This document shows, piece after piece, positions 28,854 through 37,312 of a stretch of 64,000 nucleotides of DNA. A program made the translations under genes and the position numbers. How positions within the stretch are numbered: the first letter of the stretch is position 1; every line of letters starts with the position of its first letter. The stretch spans positions 1,555,413 through 1,619,412 of the forward strand of contig NZ_OZ186835.1 in the NCBI RefSeq assembly GCF_964273255.1. The letters are read 5' to 3'. The DNA is from Streptomyces sp. enrichment culture (GTDB lineage: Bacteria > Actinomycetota > Actinomycetes > Streptomycetales > Streptomycetaceae). The notes beneath the pieces were generated by a model, which saw only the letters and a program-made list of their open reading frames with translations, ran no database searches and was not told the DNA's origin.

Positions 28854-28877
28854 CCTTGTCACGATGTCAGGGTCAAG
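28854..28877 (-). promoter_or_regulatory. Candidate MerR-type promoter: -35 TTGACC followed by imperfect dyad CCCTGACATCGTGACAAGG
   Basis: Dyad sits immediately downstream of the -35, as in MerR promoters; the -10 is poor. Confidence 0.5.
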
Positions 28878-28896
28878 CCCGGGCCGCGCCCTCTCC

Positions 28897-29385
28897 TCAC
28901 CCGGTGGCCGGTAGCGCGTACTCCGCCCACACCGTCTTGCCCGGGCCGTCGCACCGCGGATACCAGCCCCAGCGGGCGGCCAGCCCCGCCACCAGCAGCA
29001 ACCCCCGGCCGCCGGCGTCCTCCGCCCCCGGCGCCCGCACCTGTGCCGGTTCGGGCGGGGTCCGGTCGCCCCGCGTGTCGGTGACGTCGATGCGCACCGT
29101 GCGGGGGCATGCCGTCACCTCCAGGCGGAGGTGGAAGTCCCGGCCGCCCACACGACCGTGCCGTACGGCATTCGCGGCCAGCTCGCCGACGACCACCACG
29201 ATCTCCTCGTGCGGTCCGGTCCCGTAGGGGACACCCCAGGCGTCCAGCCGGTGCGCGGCCAGCCGGCGGGCCAGGCGCGCACCGCGCGGGGTGGAGGTGA
29301 AGCGCATCTCGAAGGCGCGGCCCGACGCATCGGCCTCGACCGCGGACCGGACGGTGCCGACGGCACCCGGGAGGTGATTCGTCAC
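28897..29385 (-). CDS. RsbW-like ATP-binding protein (HATPase)
   Basis: ELAANAVRHG N-box, IDVTD, AGGRGLLLV, GKTVWAE; divergent from the XRE gene. Confidence 0.85.
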   Translation of the reverse strand: MTNHLPGAVGTVRSAVEADASGRAFEMRFTSTPRGARLARRLAAHRLDAWGVPYGTGPHEEIVVVVGELAANAVRHGRVGGRDFHLRLEVTACPRTVRIDVTDTRGDRTPPEPAQVRAPGAEDAGGRGLLLVAGLAARWGWYPRCDGPGKTVWAEYALPATG

Positions 29386-29537
29386 GCCCTCCACGGTCCC
29401 GTCGGCCGCACGGCGTGACCAGCGGCGACCCGACGACGCGGTCCGTTGTACGCGCACCACCTCCCCCCGTACGTGGCGCGGTGCGTGACGGGACCGGGCG
29501 GCAAGCCGTTGGGCACGGGAGGCGACAGGGGGCACCG

Positions 29538-30407
29538 ATGACCGAGGGCACGAAGCCGGGGGGCGAGTCCGTCATGACGGACGACACGGACGGGGCGGCG
29601 GCCGACACGACCGGGCAGGCCGTCGTCGTCGCGTTCGGGCGGACACTGAAGACCCTGCGCCTGAGAGCGGGCCTGGAACGCGAGGAGTTCGGACGCCGCA
29701 TCGGCTATTCCGCGTCCACCGTCGCGTCCTACGAACAGGGCCGCCGCATCCCGTCACCGAGGACCATCGAGCGGGCCGACGAGGTACTGGACGCGGGCGG
29801 CCTGCTGACGGTGTGGAAGGAGCAGGTGGAACGGGCCCAGTATCCGGTGTTCTTCCAGGGGATGGCGAGCCTGGAGAAGGTGGCCATCGAGCTGCTGGCT
29901 TACGACACGCTCGTGGTCAAGGGCCTCCTCCAGACCGAGGCCTACATGAGAGCCGTACTGGCCATGCGGCGGCCGCCGCTGGATCAGGAGACCATTGAGC
30001 AGCGGGTCGCTGCACGCCTCGCCCGCCAGGACATCTTCGACCGGCCGTCCGCGCCGTTGCTGAGCTTCGTCATGGACGAGTCGGTGCTGCGGCGCCCACT
30101 GGGCGGAACCGGCGTGCTGCGGGAGCAGTTGGAGCACTTGCTCGTCGTGGGTCGGAAACGCAACGTCGAGATCCAGATTGCTCCGCTCCACTGCGAGGAG
30201 AGCGCGGGTGTGGACGGTCCGTTCACGGTCGTCACGCGTGACGACGGCAGGAAGTTCGCGTACACGGAGGCCCAGGGAACCAGCACTCTCCAGACCGACC
30301 CGCAGCAGACGGCGCTGGCCGCGGCCCGCTATGGGATTATCCGATCCCAGGCTCTCACCCCGAGAGAGTCCCTGGAGTTCATCGAGAGGCTGCTGGAAGA
30401 CCTATGA
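29538..30407 (+). CDS. XRE-family HTH regulator with DUF5753-like C-terminus (WhiJ/Scr1-like)
   Basis: [14 protein letters not shown]...YEQGRRIP; [24 protein letters not shown]. Start 29538 or 29574. Confidence 0.9.
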   Translation: MTEGTKPGGESVMTDDTDGAAADTTGQAVVVAFGRTLKTLRLRAGLEREEFGRRIGYSASTVASYEQGRRIPSPRTIERADEVLDAGGLLTVWKEQVERAQYPVFFQGMASLEKVAIELLAYDTLVVKGLLQTEAYMRAVLAMRRPPLDQETIEQRVAARLARQDIFDRPSAPLLSFVMDESVLRRPLGGTGVLREQLEHLLVVGRKRNVEIQIAPLHCEESAGVDGPFTVVTRDDGRKFAYTEAQGTSTLQTDPQQTALAAARYGIIRSQALTPRESLEFIERLLEDL

Positions 30408-30604
30408 ACACCACCGAGTCCTCACCACCCATCACGCTCGTCCTCACCTGGCGCAAGAGCAGCTACAGCGGAGCAGAGGGTGGCGACTGCGTCGAGGTCG
30501 CCGCCGGTACGGGGTCGGTGCACATCCGGGACTCCAAGGCCATGACCGGTCCCGTCGTCACCGTGTCCCCCGAGGCCTGGGCGGACTTCGTCACCCACGC
30601 CTGA
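30404..30604 (+). CDS. DUF397 protein
   Basis: [18 protein letters not shown]...IRDSK...AWADFV; ATGA overlap. Confidence 0.95.
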   Translation: MNTTESSPPITLVLTWRKSSYSGAEGGDCVEVAAGTGSVHIRDSKAMTGPVVTVSPEAWADFVTHA

Positions 30605-30633
30605 CGCCGCCCCACCCCGCTCCGTCGAAGCGG

Positions 30634-30666
30634 GAGCCCTGCCCTCCACGTCGGACGGCAGGGCTC
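30634..30666. terminator. Hairpin GAGCCCTGCC/GGCAGGGCTC
   Basis: 10-bp stem between convergent genes. Confidence 0.6.
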
Positions 30667-30756
30667 TTCGCTGTCCGGGGCACCTCCCGCCAGGTCGATC
30701 CAGTGGGTTGGGAGAGGCGGGGCACGGACGGTGAACCCGCTCGCCACCCGCCCTCG

Positions 30757-31065
30757 TCAGCTGCCGAGGTCCGACTGCACGACCTTGCGCAGCTCGTCGA
30801 GGTATGCCTCGAACCGCTCCCGCCCCGAAGGCGAGAGGCGGACTCTGGTGACGGCATGCCGTCGCTCGCGGAACTTGGCGATCTCCACGAGTCCCTCCTT
30901 CTCCAAGATCGCCAACTGACGCGAGAGTTCCGACGTCGACAGCTCCAACCCTTCTTGCAGCGCGGAGAAGTTGACCTGCTGTACGTGACGGAGCGCGCCC
31001 AGGATGGCCAGCCGGTTGGGTGAGTGCATCACCGTCGACAGTCGGGCGCGCGGTTGCGGTGACAC
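30757..31065 (-). CDS. Small winged-helix (MarR/ArsR-like) regulator
   Basis: HSPNRLAILGAL...FSALQEGLELSTSELSRQLAILEKEGLV...LSPSGRERFEAY. Confidence 0.8.
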   Translation of the reverse strand: MSPQPRARLSTVMHSPNRLAILGALRHVQQVNFSALQEGLELSTSELSRQLAILEKEGLVEIAKFRERRHAVTRVRLSPSGRERFEAYLDELRKVVQSDLGS

Positions 31066-31198
31066 GTCAACGCCTCCACCGCAGGACTAGGTAGTGACGT
31101 GACGTCATCGAGTCACGGCTCCCGGAACCATGGACCGGAGCAGGAGACAGGGCAGGGGCCAGTGCACGGGCCGGTGGTTGCACACCCCCGCGTCGTCC

Positions 31199-31765
31199 TC
31201 AACGGCACGGCATGCTCATGTACAGGGCCTGCTCGCCCTCCGACGCGGTGCCGTCGTACAGGGTCGTGTCCAGGCCGCAGAAGGTGAAGCCCATCCGTCG
31301 GTACGCGTGGATGGCGGGTGCGTTGATGTTGCTGACTTCCAGCCAGAGATGCCCGGCGCCCCGCTCACGGGCGAACTCCACCGCGAGCGCCATCAGGGCC
31401 CTGCCCACCCCGCGCCCTCGGTGCTCGGGGGCGACCTCGATGTCCTCGACGACCAGGCGGCGGTTCCAGCCGGAGTAGGAGACGGCGACGAAGCCGACCG
31501 GCGCACCGTCGGGCGTATGGGCGACGTAGGTACGGGAGTTGTCGTCGTCCGCGTCGGCCTCGCCGTCGCCGTCCTGGGCGTCGGCCGGGAACACCTTGGT
31601 GACGGGCGGGTCCACCGGGACCTCCCGCAGCGCGAACCCCTCCTCGGTGACGGTGACGCGGAAGACCCTGTCGGTGGTGAAGGAGCCGTCCAGCGCCCCG
31701 AGGGCCTCGGCATCCTCCGGGACAGCGGTTCGGCAGCGGTAGGCGGAGTCGTCGACGGTGCTCAC
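31199..31765 (-). CDS. nat1: Streptothricin/nourseothricin acetyltransferase
   Basis: LDGSFTTDRVFRV...LREVPVDPPVTKVFP...SYSGWNRRLVVEDIEVAPEHRGRGVGRALM...GEQALYMSMPC closely matches S. noursei Nat1 as recalled. Confidence 0.92.
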   Translation of the reverse strand: MSTVDDSAYRCRTAVPEDAEALGALDGSFTTDRVFRVTVTEEGFALREVPVDPPVTKVFPADAQDGDGEADADDDNSRTYVAHTPDGAPVGFVAVSYSGWNRRLVVEDIEVAPEHRGRGVGRALMALAVEFARERGAGHLWLEVSNINAPAIHAYRRMGFTFCGLDTTLYDGTASEGEQALYMSMPCR

Positions 31766-31923
31766 GACACGACCGTACGGCCGACCGGACCACGGGGACC
31801 AAGGGGACCACGGCCCGGGCTCCCTCGGCCCACAGGCGGACGCGCACACCCGGAACAGTGGCACCGTCCGGATCGTGGTGTGAGGGTGGGAGGGAGGGGG
31901 GACCGTCTTCCGAGGAGCGCCCC

Positions 31924-32565
31924 ATGAACGTCACCATCGTCGGCGCCGGCCACATGGGCCGCGGCATCGGTACCCGGGTCCTGGCCGGGGGGAACAGCCT
32001 CCGCCTGCACGACCGCACCAGGGCCAAGGCGGAGGAGCTGGCCACCGAGTTGCGCGAGGGCGCGTCCGGGGCGGACGTCTCGGCGGTCGACGCCGACCGT
32101 GCGGCCGACTCCGACGTCGTCGTCCTGGCCCTGCCGTATCCGGCCGGGCGCGACATCGCCGCGGCGTGGGCCGAGAACCTGGACGGCACGATCGTCGTCG
32201 ACATCTCCAACCCCGTCGACTTCAGCACCTTCGACAAGCTGGTCGTACCCTCCGACACCTCCGCAGCGGAGCAGATCGCGGCCGCCGCCCCCAAGAGCCG
32301 GGTCGTCAAGGCGTTCAACACCACGTTCGCCGGTCCGCTCGCGGAGGGAGAGGTGGCCGGGCGGCCCCTGGACGTCTTCATCGCCGGGGACGACGACGCG
32401 GCCAGGCAGACCGTGGCCGATCTCGTGACCGGGGCCGGGCTCCGCCCGCTGGACGTGGGTCCGCTGCACTGGGCGCGCCAGTTGGAGGGGTTCCAGTTGC
32501 TGCACATGGCGTCCCAGGAACGGCTCGGCCTGAACTGGTCCAGCGCTCTGACGATCATGACGTGA
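31924..32565 (+). CDS. NADPH-dependent F420 reductase-like oxidoreductase
   Basis: IVGAGHMG, VVLALPY, VDISNP, VVKAFNT, AGDD, LDVGPL. Confidence 0.85.
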   Translation: MNVTIVGAGHMGRGIGTRVLAGGNSLRLHDRTRAKAEELATELREGASGADVSAVDADRAADSDVVVLALPYPAGRDIAAAWAENLDGTIVVDISNPVDFSTFDKLVVPSDTSAAEQIAAAAPKSRVVKAFNTTFAGPLAEGEVAGRPLDVFIAGDDDAARQTVADLVTGAGLRPLDVGPLHWARQLEGFQLLHMASQERLGLNWSSALTIMT

Positions 32566-32737
32566 CGCGGCGCCCGCGTCCGCCCCGGACGGGCGGGAAG
32601 GCGTGAGACCGGTGATGCGGAGGCGTTGATCACCTCGCACCGCCGGTCTCCCGCGTACACGCGCCGGTCCGACACGTGCGCACCGCCGGCCTCCCGCAGG
32701 AGACCGGCGGTGCGCCGCCCGCGTCGCGCCCCGTCCC

Positions 32738-34369
32738 TCAGTGAGCGGCGACCGCCACCGCGCGCTCCGGGACGTCCTCCGCCGCAGTCCGCGCCTCCGC
32801 GGCACGGCTCTTGATCCCGGCGACCGCGACCACCGCACCGATCAGGCAGAGCACGCCGGTGACGGTGACGGCCGAGTGCAGGCCGTTGACGAAGGCCTGG
32901 CCGCTGCCCTCCACGACCGCCGCCCGAAGCGGTCCGGGCATGTCGGAGGTTACCGGCGCGATGCCCATCGCCACCGCGTCCTCCGCCTTCTGCAGGCCCT
33001 GCGCCACGGACGCGGGAACCCCGGCTCCGGTCAGCTCACCGAACAGCGACGAACCGGCCTTGCCGGCGATCACCGTCACCAGCACGGACGTGCCGAGCGC
33101 ACCACCGACCTGGAGCGCCGTGGACTGCAGGCCGGAGGCCACTCCGCCGTCCCTGACCGGCACGTTGCCGATGATCGCGGCGGCGGTGGCGGGCAGCACG
33201 ATGCCGACACCGAGCCCCATCGCGATGTACGACGGCCACATCGTCGCGTAGGACGAGTCGACGGTCCACGTCAGCATGCCGAACATGGCCGCGGCGGACA
33301 GGCACAGTCCCAGCGGGATCGTGGCCCGCGGCCCGAACCGCGCGGTCAGCTGGGAACCGATCGGGGAGGCGAACAGCGAGGCGATCGACATCGGCAGGGT
33401 GCTGATGCCGGCCTCGACCGGCGTGTAGCCGCGCACGTTCTGCAGGTACAGCATGATGAAGAAGATGCCGCCGAGCATCACGAAGAAGTTCAGCACCGTC
33501 ATCACCGTGCCGGTGGTCAGTGAACGGTTGCGGAACAGCCGCATCGGCAGCAGCGGATGCGGCTGCCGGGTCTCGTACCAGCCGAAGGCGACGAGCAGCA
33601 CCAGGCCGAGGGCGATGGACCCGAGGGTCCCGCCGGACATCCAGCCCCACGTCTCGCCCTTGACGATGCCGAAGACGAGCGCGAGCAGTCCCGCGGTGAG
33701 GAGGACGACACCGGCGATGTCGAAGCGCCCGCCGCCGTCCGCGTTCCTGGACTCCTTGAGCACCGCGATGCTGAACAGCAGCGCGACGAGGCCGATCGGC
33801 GCGTTGAGGTAGAAGACCCACGTCCAGTCGACGTGTTCGACGAGCAGGCCGCCGACGATGGGGCCGAGCGAGGTGGAGACGGCCGAGACCATGCCCCAGA
33901 TGCCCACCGCGAGCGGGAATCGCCGCGGCGGGAAGACGGCCCGCAGGATGCCCAGGGTGTTGGGCATGAGGATGCCCCCGCACAGGCCCTGGAGGGCGCG
34001 GAAGGCGATGACACCCTCGATGCTGCCCGCCAGACCGATGGCGACGGAGGTGACGACGAAGCCGCCGACTCCGGCGAGGTAGTAGAAGCGCCGGCCGAAC
34101 CGGTCGCCCAGCTTGCCGCCGAGGATCATCGAGGCCGCGAGTGCGAGCAGGTAGGAATTGGTGACCCACTGGAGCTCGGCCGTGGTCGCCCCGAGGTCCT
34201 TGCCGATCGCCGGGTTGGCGATGGCCACGACGGAGCCGTCGAGCTGCACCATGAGCAGGCCGAATGACACGGCGATCAGAGCGAGCCAGGGGTTGCCCCG
34301 GCGGCCGGCGGTCCTGCCGGTCTCGGACACCGGGCCCGGGGCCGTGTGGGCCGCGGAAGTGGACGTCAT
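32738..34369 (-). CDS. MFS efflux transporter (DHA2, EmrB/QacA-like)
   Basis: QLDGSVVAIANP, WVTNSYLL, GKLGDRFGRR, GPIVGGLLV, WVFYLNAP. Confidence 0.92.
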   Translation of the reverse strand: MTSTSAAHTAPGPVSETGRTAGRRGNPWLALIAVSFGLLMVQLDGSVVAIANPAIGKDLGATTAELQWVTNSYLLALAASMILGGKLGDRFGRRFYYLAGVGGFVVTSVAIGLAGSIEGVIAFRALQGLCGGILMPNTLGILRAVFPPRRFPLAVGIWGMVSAVSTSLGPIVGGLLVEHVDWTWVFYLNAPIGLVALLFSIAVLKESRNADGGGRFDIAGVVLLTAGLLALVFGIVKGETWGWMSGGTLGSIALGLVLLVAFGWYETRQPHPLLPMRLFRNRSLTTGTVMTVLNFFVMLGGIFFIMLYLQNVRGYTPVEAGISTLPMSIASLFASPIGSQLTARFGPRATIPLGLCLSAAAMFGMLTWTVDSSYATMWPSYIAMGLGVGIVLPATAAAIIGNVPVRDGGVASGLQSTALQVGGALGTSVLVTVIAGKAGSSLFGELTGAGVPASVAQGLQKAEDAVAMGIAPVTSDMPGPLRAAVVEGSGQAFVNGLHSAVTVTGVLCLIGAVVAVAGIKSRAAEARTAAEDVPERAVAVAAH

Positions 34370-34807
34370 GAAGGAAGCCCGTTTCTTTCTCGGAAGGGGA
34401 TACGCACCGCAGGACAGGCGACCGGTCGACCAGCAACCGGTCACCGGTATGCGGAGTGCGGGGTGCGGGGTGCGGTAACCAAAGGACGCGCGGCAGCACG
34501 GGGGCGCCCGGGATCAGGAAGGACCAGGGGAGTCCGGAGGTGGCCCCGGACTTCCCTGGATGCCCGCCCGAGGCTCACGCCCGCGTGAATCCGCACGTCC
34601 GTCCGGATTCACCCGGTCCCGGGGACGGGCCACGCGGCAGGCCCCGGGAGACGGAGGGGAAGGGGAGGGGTATGGAGGGAACGGAAGGGAGGAAGGGAGG
34701 CGGCGCCGACACGAGGCCGGCGGTGGTGAGCCGGACCGGACCTCGGCCCCTCGCGCCCGAGCCCTTCGTGCCTCGCCCCTCGTGCCCGCGCGCAGCGGGC
34801 CGGTCTG

Positions 34808-35281
34808 TCAGCCGGCTGCGGGGCGGAGACCGCGCGTGAGCGAGTTGAGCGCGCCGATGGCGGAGCCGAGCGCGTCCATCTCGCCCTCGGTCAGCGTGAG
34901 CAGCGCCTCACCGAGGTAGCCGCGCTCCAGGGCGGACACTTCGGCGATGCGCTGCCGGGAGGTCGCCGTGAGGTGGAGGCGGGCGATGCGCCGGTCGGCA
35001 CCGTCCTGCCGCCGCTCCAGCTCTCCCCGCTCCGTGAGCTGGGAGACCAGGGCGCTGACGTTGTTCGGCTTCATCAGCAGTGCGGCCGCCGCCTCGCGCA
35101 CCGTCGTGCCTTCGTGCTGGGCGACGTACCGCAGCAGCGCGAGCTGGCCCTCCTGCGGCTTCGGGTGGGCATAGCCGGCGGCGATCCGCCGGTCCAGTGC
35201 CCGGTGCAGGGCAGGCAGGCAGGCCGCGAGCTCGGAGGCGACGCGGTCGATGCGCTGTTCGGAGGCACTGCTGTCGGACAC
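34808..35281 (-). CDS. MarR family regulator
   Basis: QLALLRYVA...TVREAAAALLMKPNNVSALVSQL...DRRIARLHLT. Confidence 0.88.
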   Translation of the reverse strand: MSDSSASEQRIDRVASELAACLPALHRALDRRIAAGYAHPKPQEGQLALLRYVAQHEGTTVREAAAALLMKPNNVSALVSQLTERGELERRQDGADRRIARLHLTATSRQRIAEVSALERGYLGEALLTLTEGEMDALGSAIGALNSLTRGLRPAAG

Positions 35282-35288
35282 ACCCGGG

Positions 35289-35318
35289 ATATTAGGTATG
35301 ACGACATACCTAAGTCAA
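35289..35318 (-). promoter_or_regulatory. TTGACT-N18-TAATAT promoter with overlapping perfect palindrome TTAGGTATG-ACGA-CATACCTAA (35292-35313)
   Basis: Read directly from the sequence; the -10 ends 7 nt before the marR GTG. Confidence 0.8.
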
Positions 35319-35427
35319 GCGGTCCGCGCCGTCAGGCCGAGCGATCAGCGCCGGGGCCCCCGCCCCTCGCCCCCCCAGGGCACCATCCCTCGCCCCCGGA
35401 GCCGGGAAGCGACGCGACGCGGCACGC

Positions 35428-36615
35428 TCAGAACGCGTACCGCACGCGCAGCCAGGGCGCCCGGGCCGCGATCAGGTCCCGCAGTTCCGCCAGGGCCCGG
35501 CGCTTGACGTCGCGGGCGTAGCGGACGTTGAGGTCGCCGTTCTGCGAGCGCTTCGCCTCCTGCACCTCGGGCCGCCACAGCACCTCCTCGGCCTGCGGAT
35601 GCCAGCCGAGGTTGACATCGTGCAGCGCCCGGTTGTGGGTGAGCATGATGACCTCGCAGGCCGCCTGCTCCTTCACACGGGCGGGCAGCACGTCGTCGAG
35701 GTGGGTGAGCAGGTCGGCCCAGTCCCGCTGCCAGCCCTCGCGCAGGACGACGGGCGAGAGGTTGAAGTGGACCTCGTAGCCCGCGTCGAGGAAGTCGGCC
35801 GCGGCGGCGATGCGCTCGGCGACCGGACTGGTGCGCAGATCCAGCAGCCGGGAGTCGTCGGCGGGCATGAGCGAGAAACGCACCCGGGTACGCCCCTGCG
35901 GGTCGAGAGCGAGCAGGTCGGGGTTGACGAACTTGGTCGCGAAGGACGCCTTCGCCGTCGGCAGGCTCCGGAACGCCGTGATCAGGTCGGCCGTGTTGTC
36001 GCAGATCAGGGCATCGACGGAACAGTCGCCGTTCTCACCGATGTCGTAGACCCACGCCTCAGGGTCGCACTGGTTGGGCTCGGGCTTCGGCCCCTGCGCC
36101 CGTACGTGGCGCCGGATGTGCGCCACGATCGCCTCGATGTTGGTGAACAAGGTGATGGGGTTGGCGTACCCCTTGCGCCGTGGGACGTAGCAGTACGCGC
36201 AGGCCATGGCGCAGCCGTTGGAGGGGCCGGGGGCGATCCAGTCGGCGGACCGGCCGTTGGGCCGGGTCGTGAGCGACTGCTTCACCCCGAGGACCAGCGT
36301 CTCGGTCTTGACCCGTACCCAGCGGGAGACGTTGCCGTCGTTGCCGTGCAGGGAGGGGATGCGCCAGTGGCCGGGCACCTCGGTGACACGGACCCCCGGG
36401 AGCCCGGCGACGATCCGGGCACCACGCGGGGAGTCCAGGGCGGCCGGCTCCGCGTAGATCTCCCGGATGTCCAGCATCCGGCGCGCCCGGTCACTGTCCC
36501 GGAACGACGGCCGGGACGGCTGCGTCGACGCCGGTTCCGGTGCCGCGTCGGCCCACCCGAACAGGGTCTGCTGCTCGGGCTCCCCGGGGGCGGGCCCTCG
36601 CCTCGGGTGCTCCAT
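35428..36615 (-). CDS. Spore photoproduct lyase-like radical SAM protein
   Basis: GCAMACAYCYV (CxxxCxxC), ASFATKFVN, RVRFSLMP, GYEVHFNLSPV. Start uncertain. Confidence 0.82.
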   Translation of the reverse strand: MEHPRRGPAPGEPEQQTLFGWADAAPEPASTQPSRPSFRDSDRARRMLDIREIYAEPAALDSPRGARIVAGLPGVRVTEVPGHWRIPSLHGNDGNVSRWVRVKTETLVLGVKQSLTTRPNGRSADWIAPGPSNGCAMACAYCYVPRRKGYANPITLFTNIEAIVAHIRRHVRAQGPKPEPNQCDPEAWVYDIGENGDCSVDALICDNTADLITAFRSLPTAKASFATKFVNPDLLALDPQGRTRVRFSLMPADDSRLLDLRTSPVAERIAAAADFLDAGYEVHFNLSPVVLREGWQRDWADLLTHLDDVLPARVKEQAACEVIMLTHNRALHDVNLGWHPQAEEVLWRPEVQEAKRSQNGDLNVRYARDVKRRALAELRDLIAARAPWLRVRYAF

Positions 36616-36888
36616 GTGCGTGTACCTCTCGTCGTCCCGCGCTGCCCCCCTTTCACCCCCGCCGCGTGCCGGTCCGGGGGCGTGTGCCCCCGGGTGACGT
36701 GTCTCGGGTGACATGTCCCGGGTGACGTGCACACGAGAAGCTCGGTACGGAGGAGGCGGAAGGTTCCAGTATCCACCTTTTCGCGTCGGATCCCCCCGCC
36801 GTCTGCCCAGGCCTCGGCCCCGGCTCCGGTCTCCGTCCCGGTCCCGGTACACGGACAGTCCGGCGCCGGGAAGCCCATACCCCGTAGG

Positions 36889-37130
36889 CTGGCGGGTGCA
36901 GCTGGTTCGCCCCGTCCTCCCCCATAGCCCTAAAGGCATGGGGGACCCCCACGGCGGGCGCGTCGCAAGAGGGAACCCGGTGGGAATCCGGGACTGCCCC
37001 GCAGCGGTGAGCGGGAACGACCGCCGTCACACGCACTGGGTCCGACGTACCGGACCCGGGAAGCGACGGCCAGTAGGTGTCCTCCGGCACGGAGGACGGG
37101 CCCGCGAGTCCGAAGACCTGCCACCTGCCC
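36889..37130 (+). ncRNA. Cobalamin riboswitch
   Basis: GGTTCG...AAGAGGGAACCCGGTGGGAATCCGGGACTGCCCCGCAGCGGTG...CACTGGG...CGGGAAG...GAGTCCGAAGACCTGCC; directly upstream of metE. Confidence 0.93.
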
Positions 37131-37312
37131 GCGCCCGGACCACTCCGTGCGCGGACATCCCGGTGACCTCGAGGGCGGGTCGGCGACCACATCGGACGGA
37201 GCGGACGTTCCCGCAGCCACCGGAACGCATGCGTCCGGTCCGGTGCACCGTCCCCTTCGCGTCCTCCCCCGTCCCCGGGATCTCAGGGATTCATCTCGCG
37301 AAGGAGATCTCC

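Noticed and set aside
35292-35313. IdeR/DmdR1 iron box
   Set aside because: The ends TTAGGT...ACCTAA resemble it, but the spacing is 10 nt rather than 7 (22 bp versus 19 bp). It is better explained as the MarR operator.
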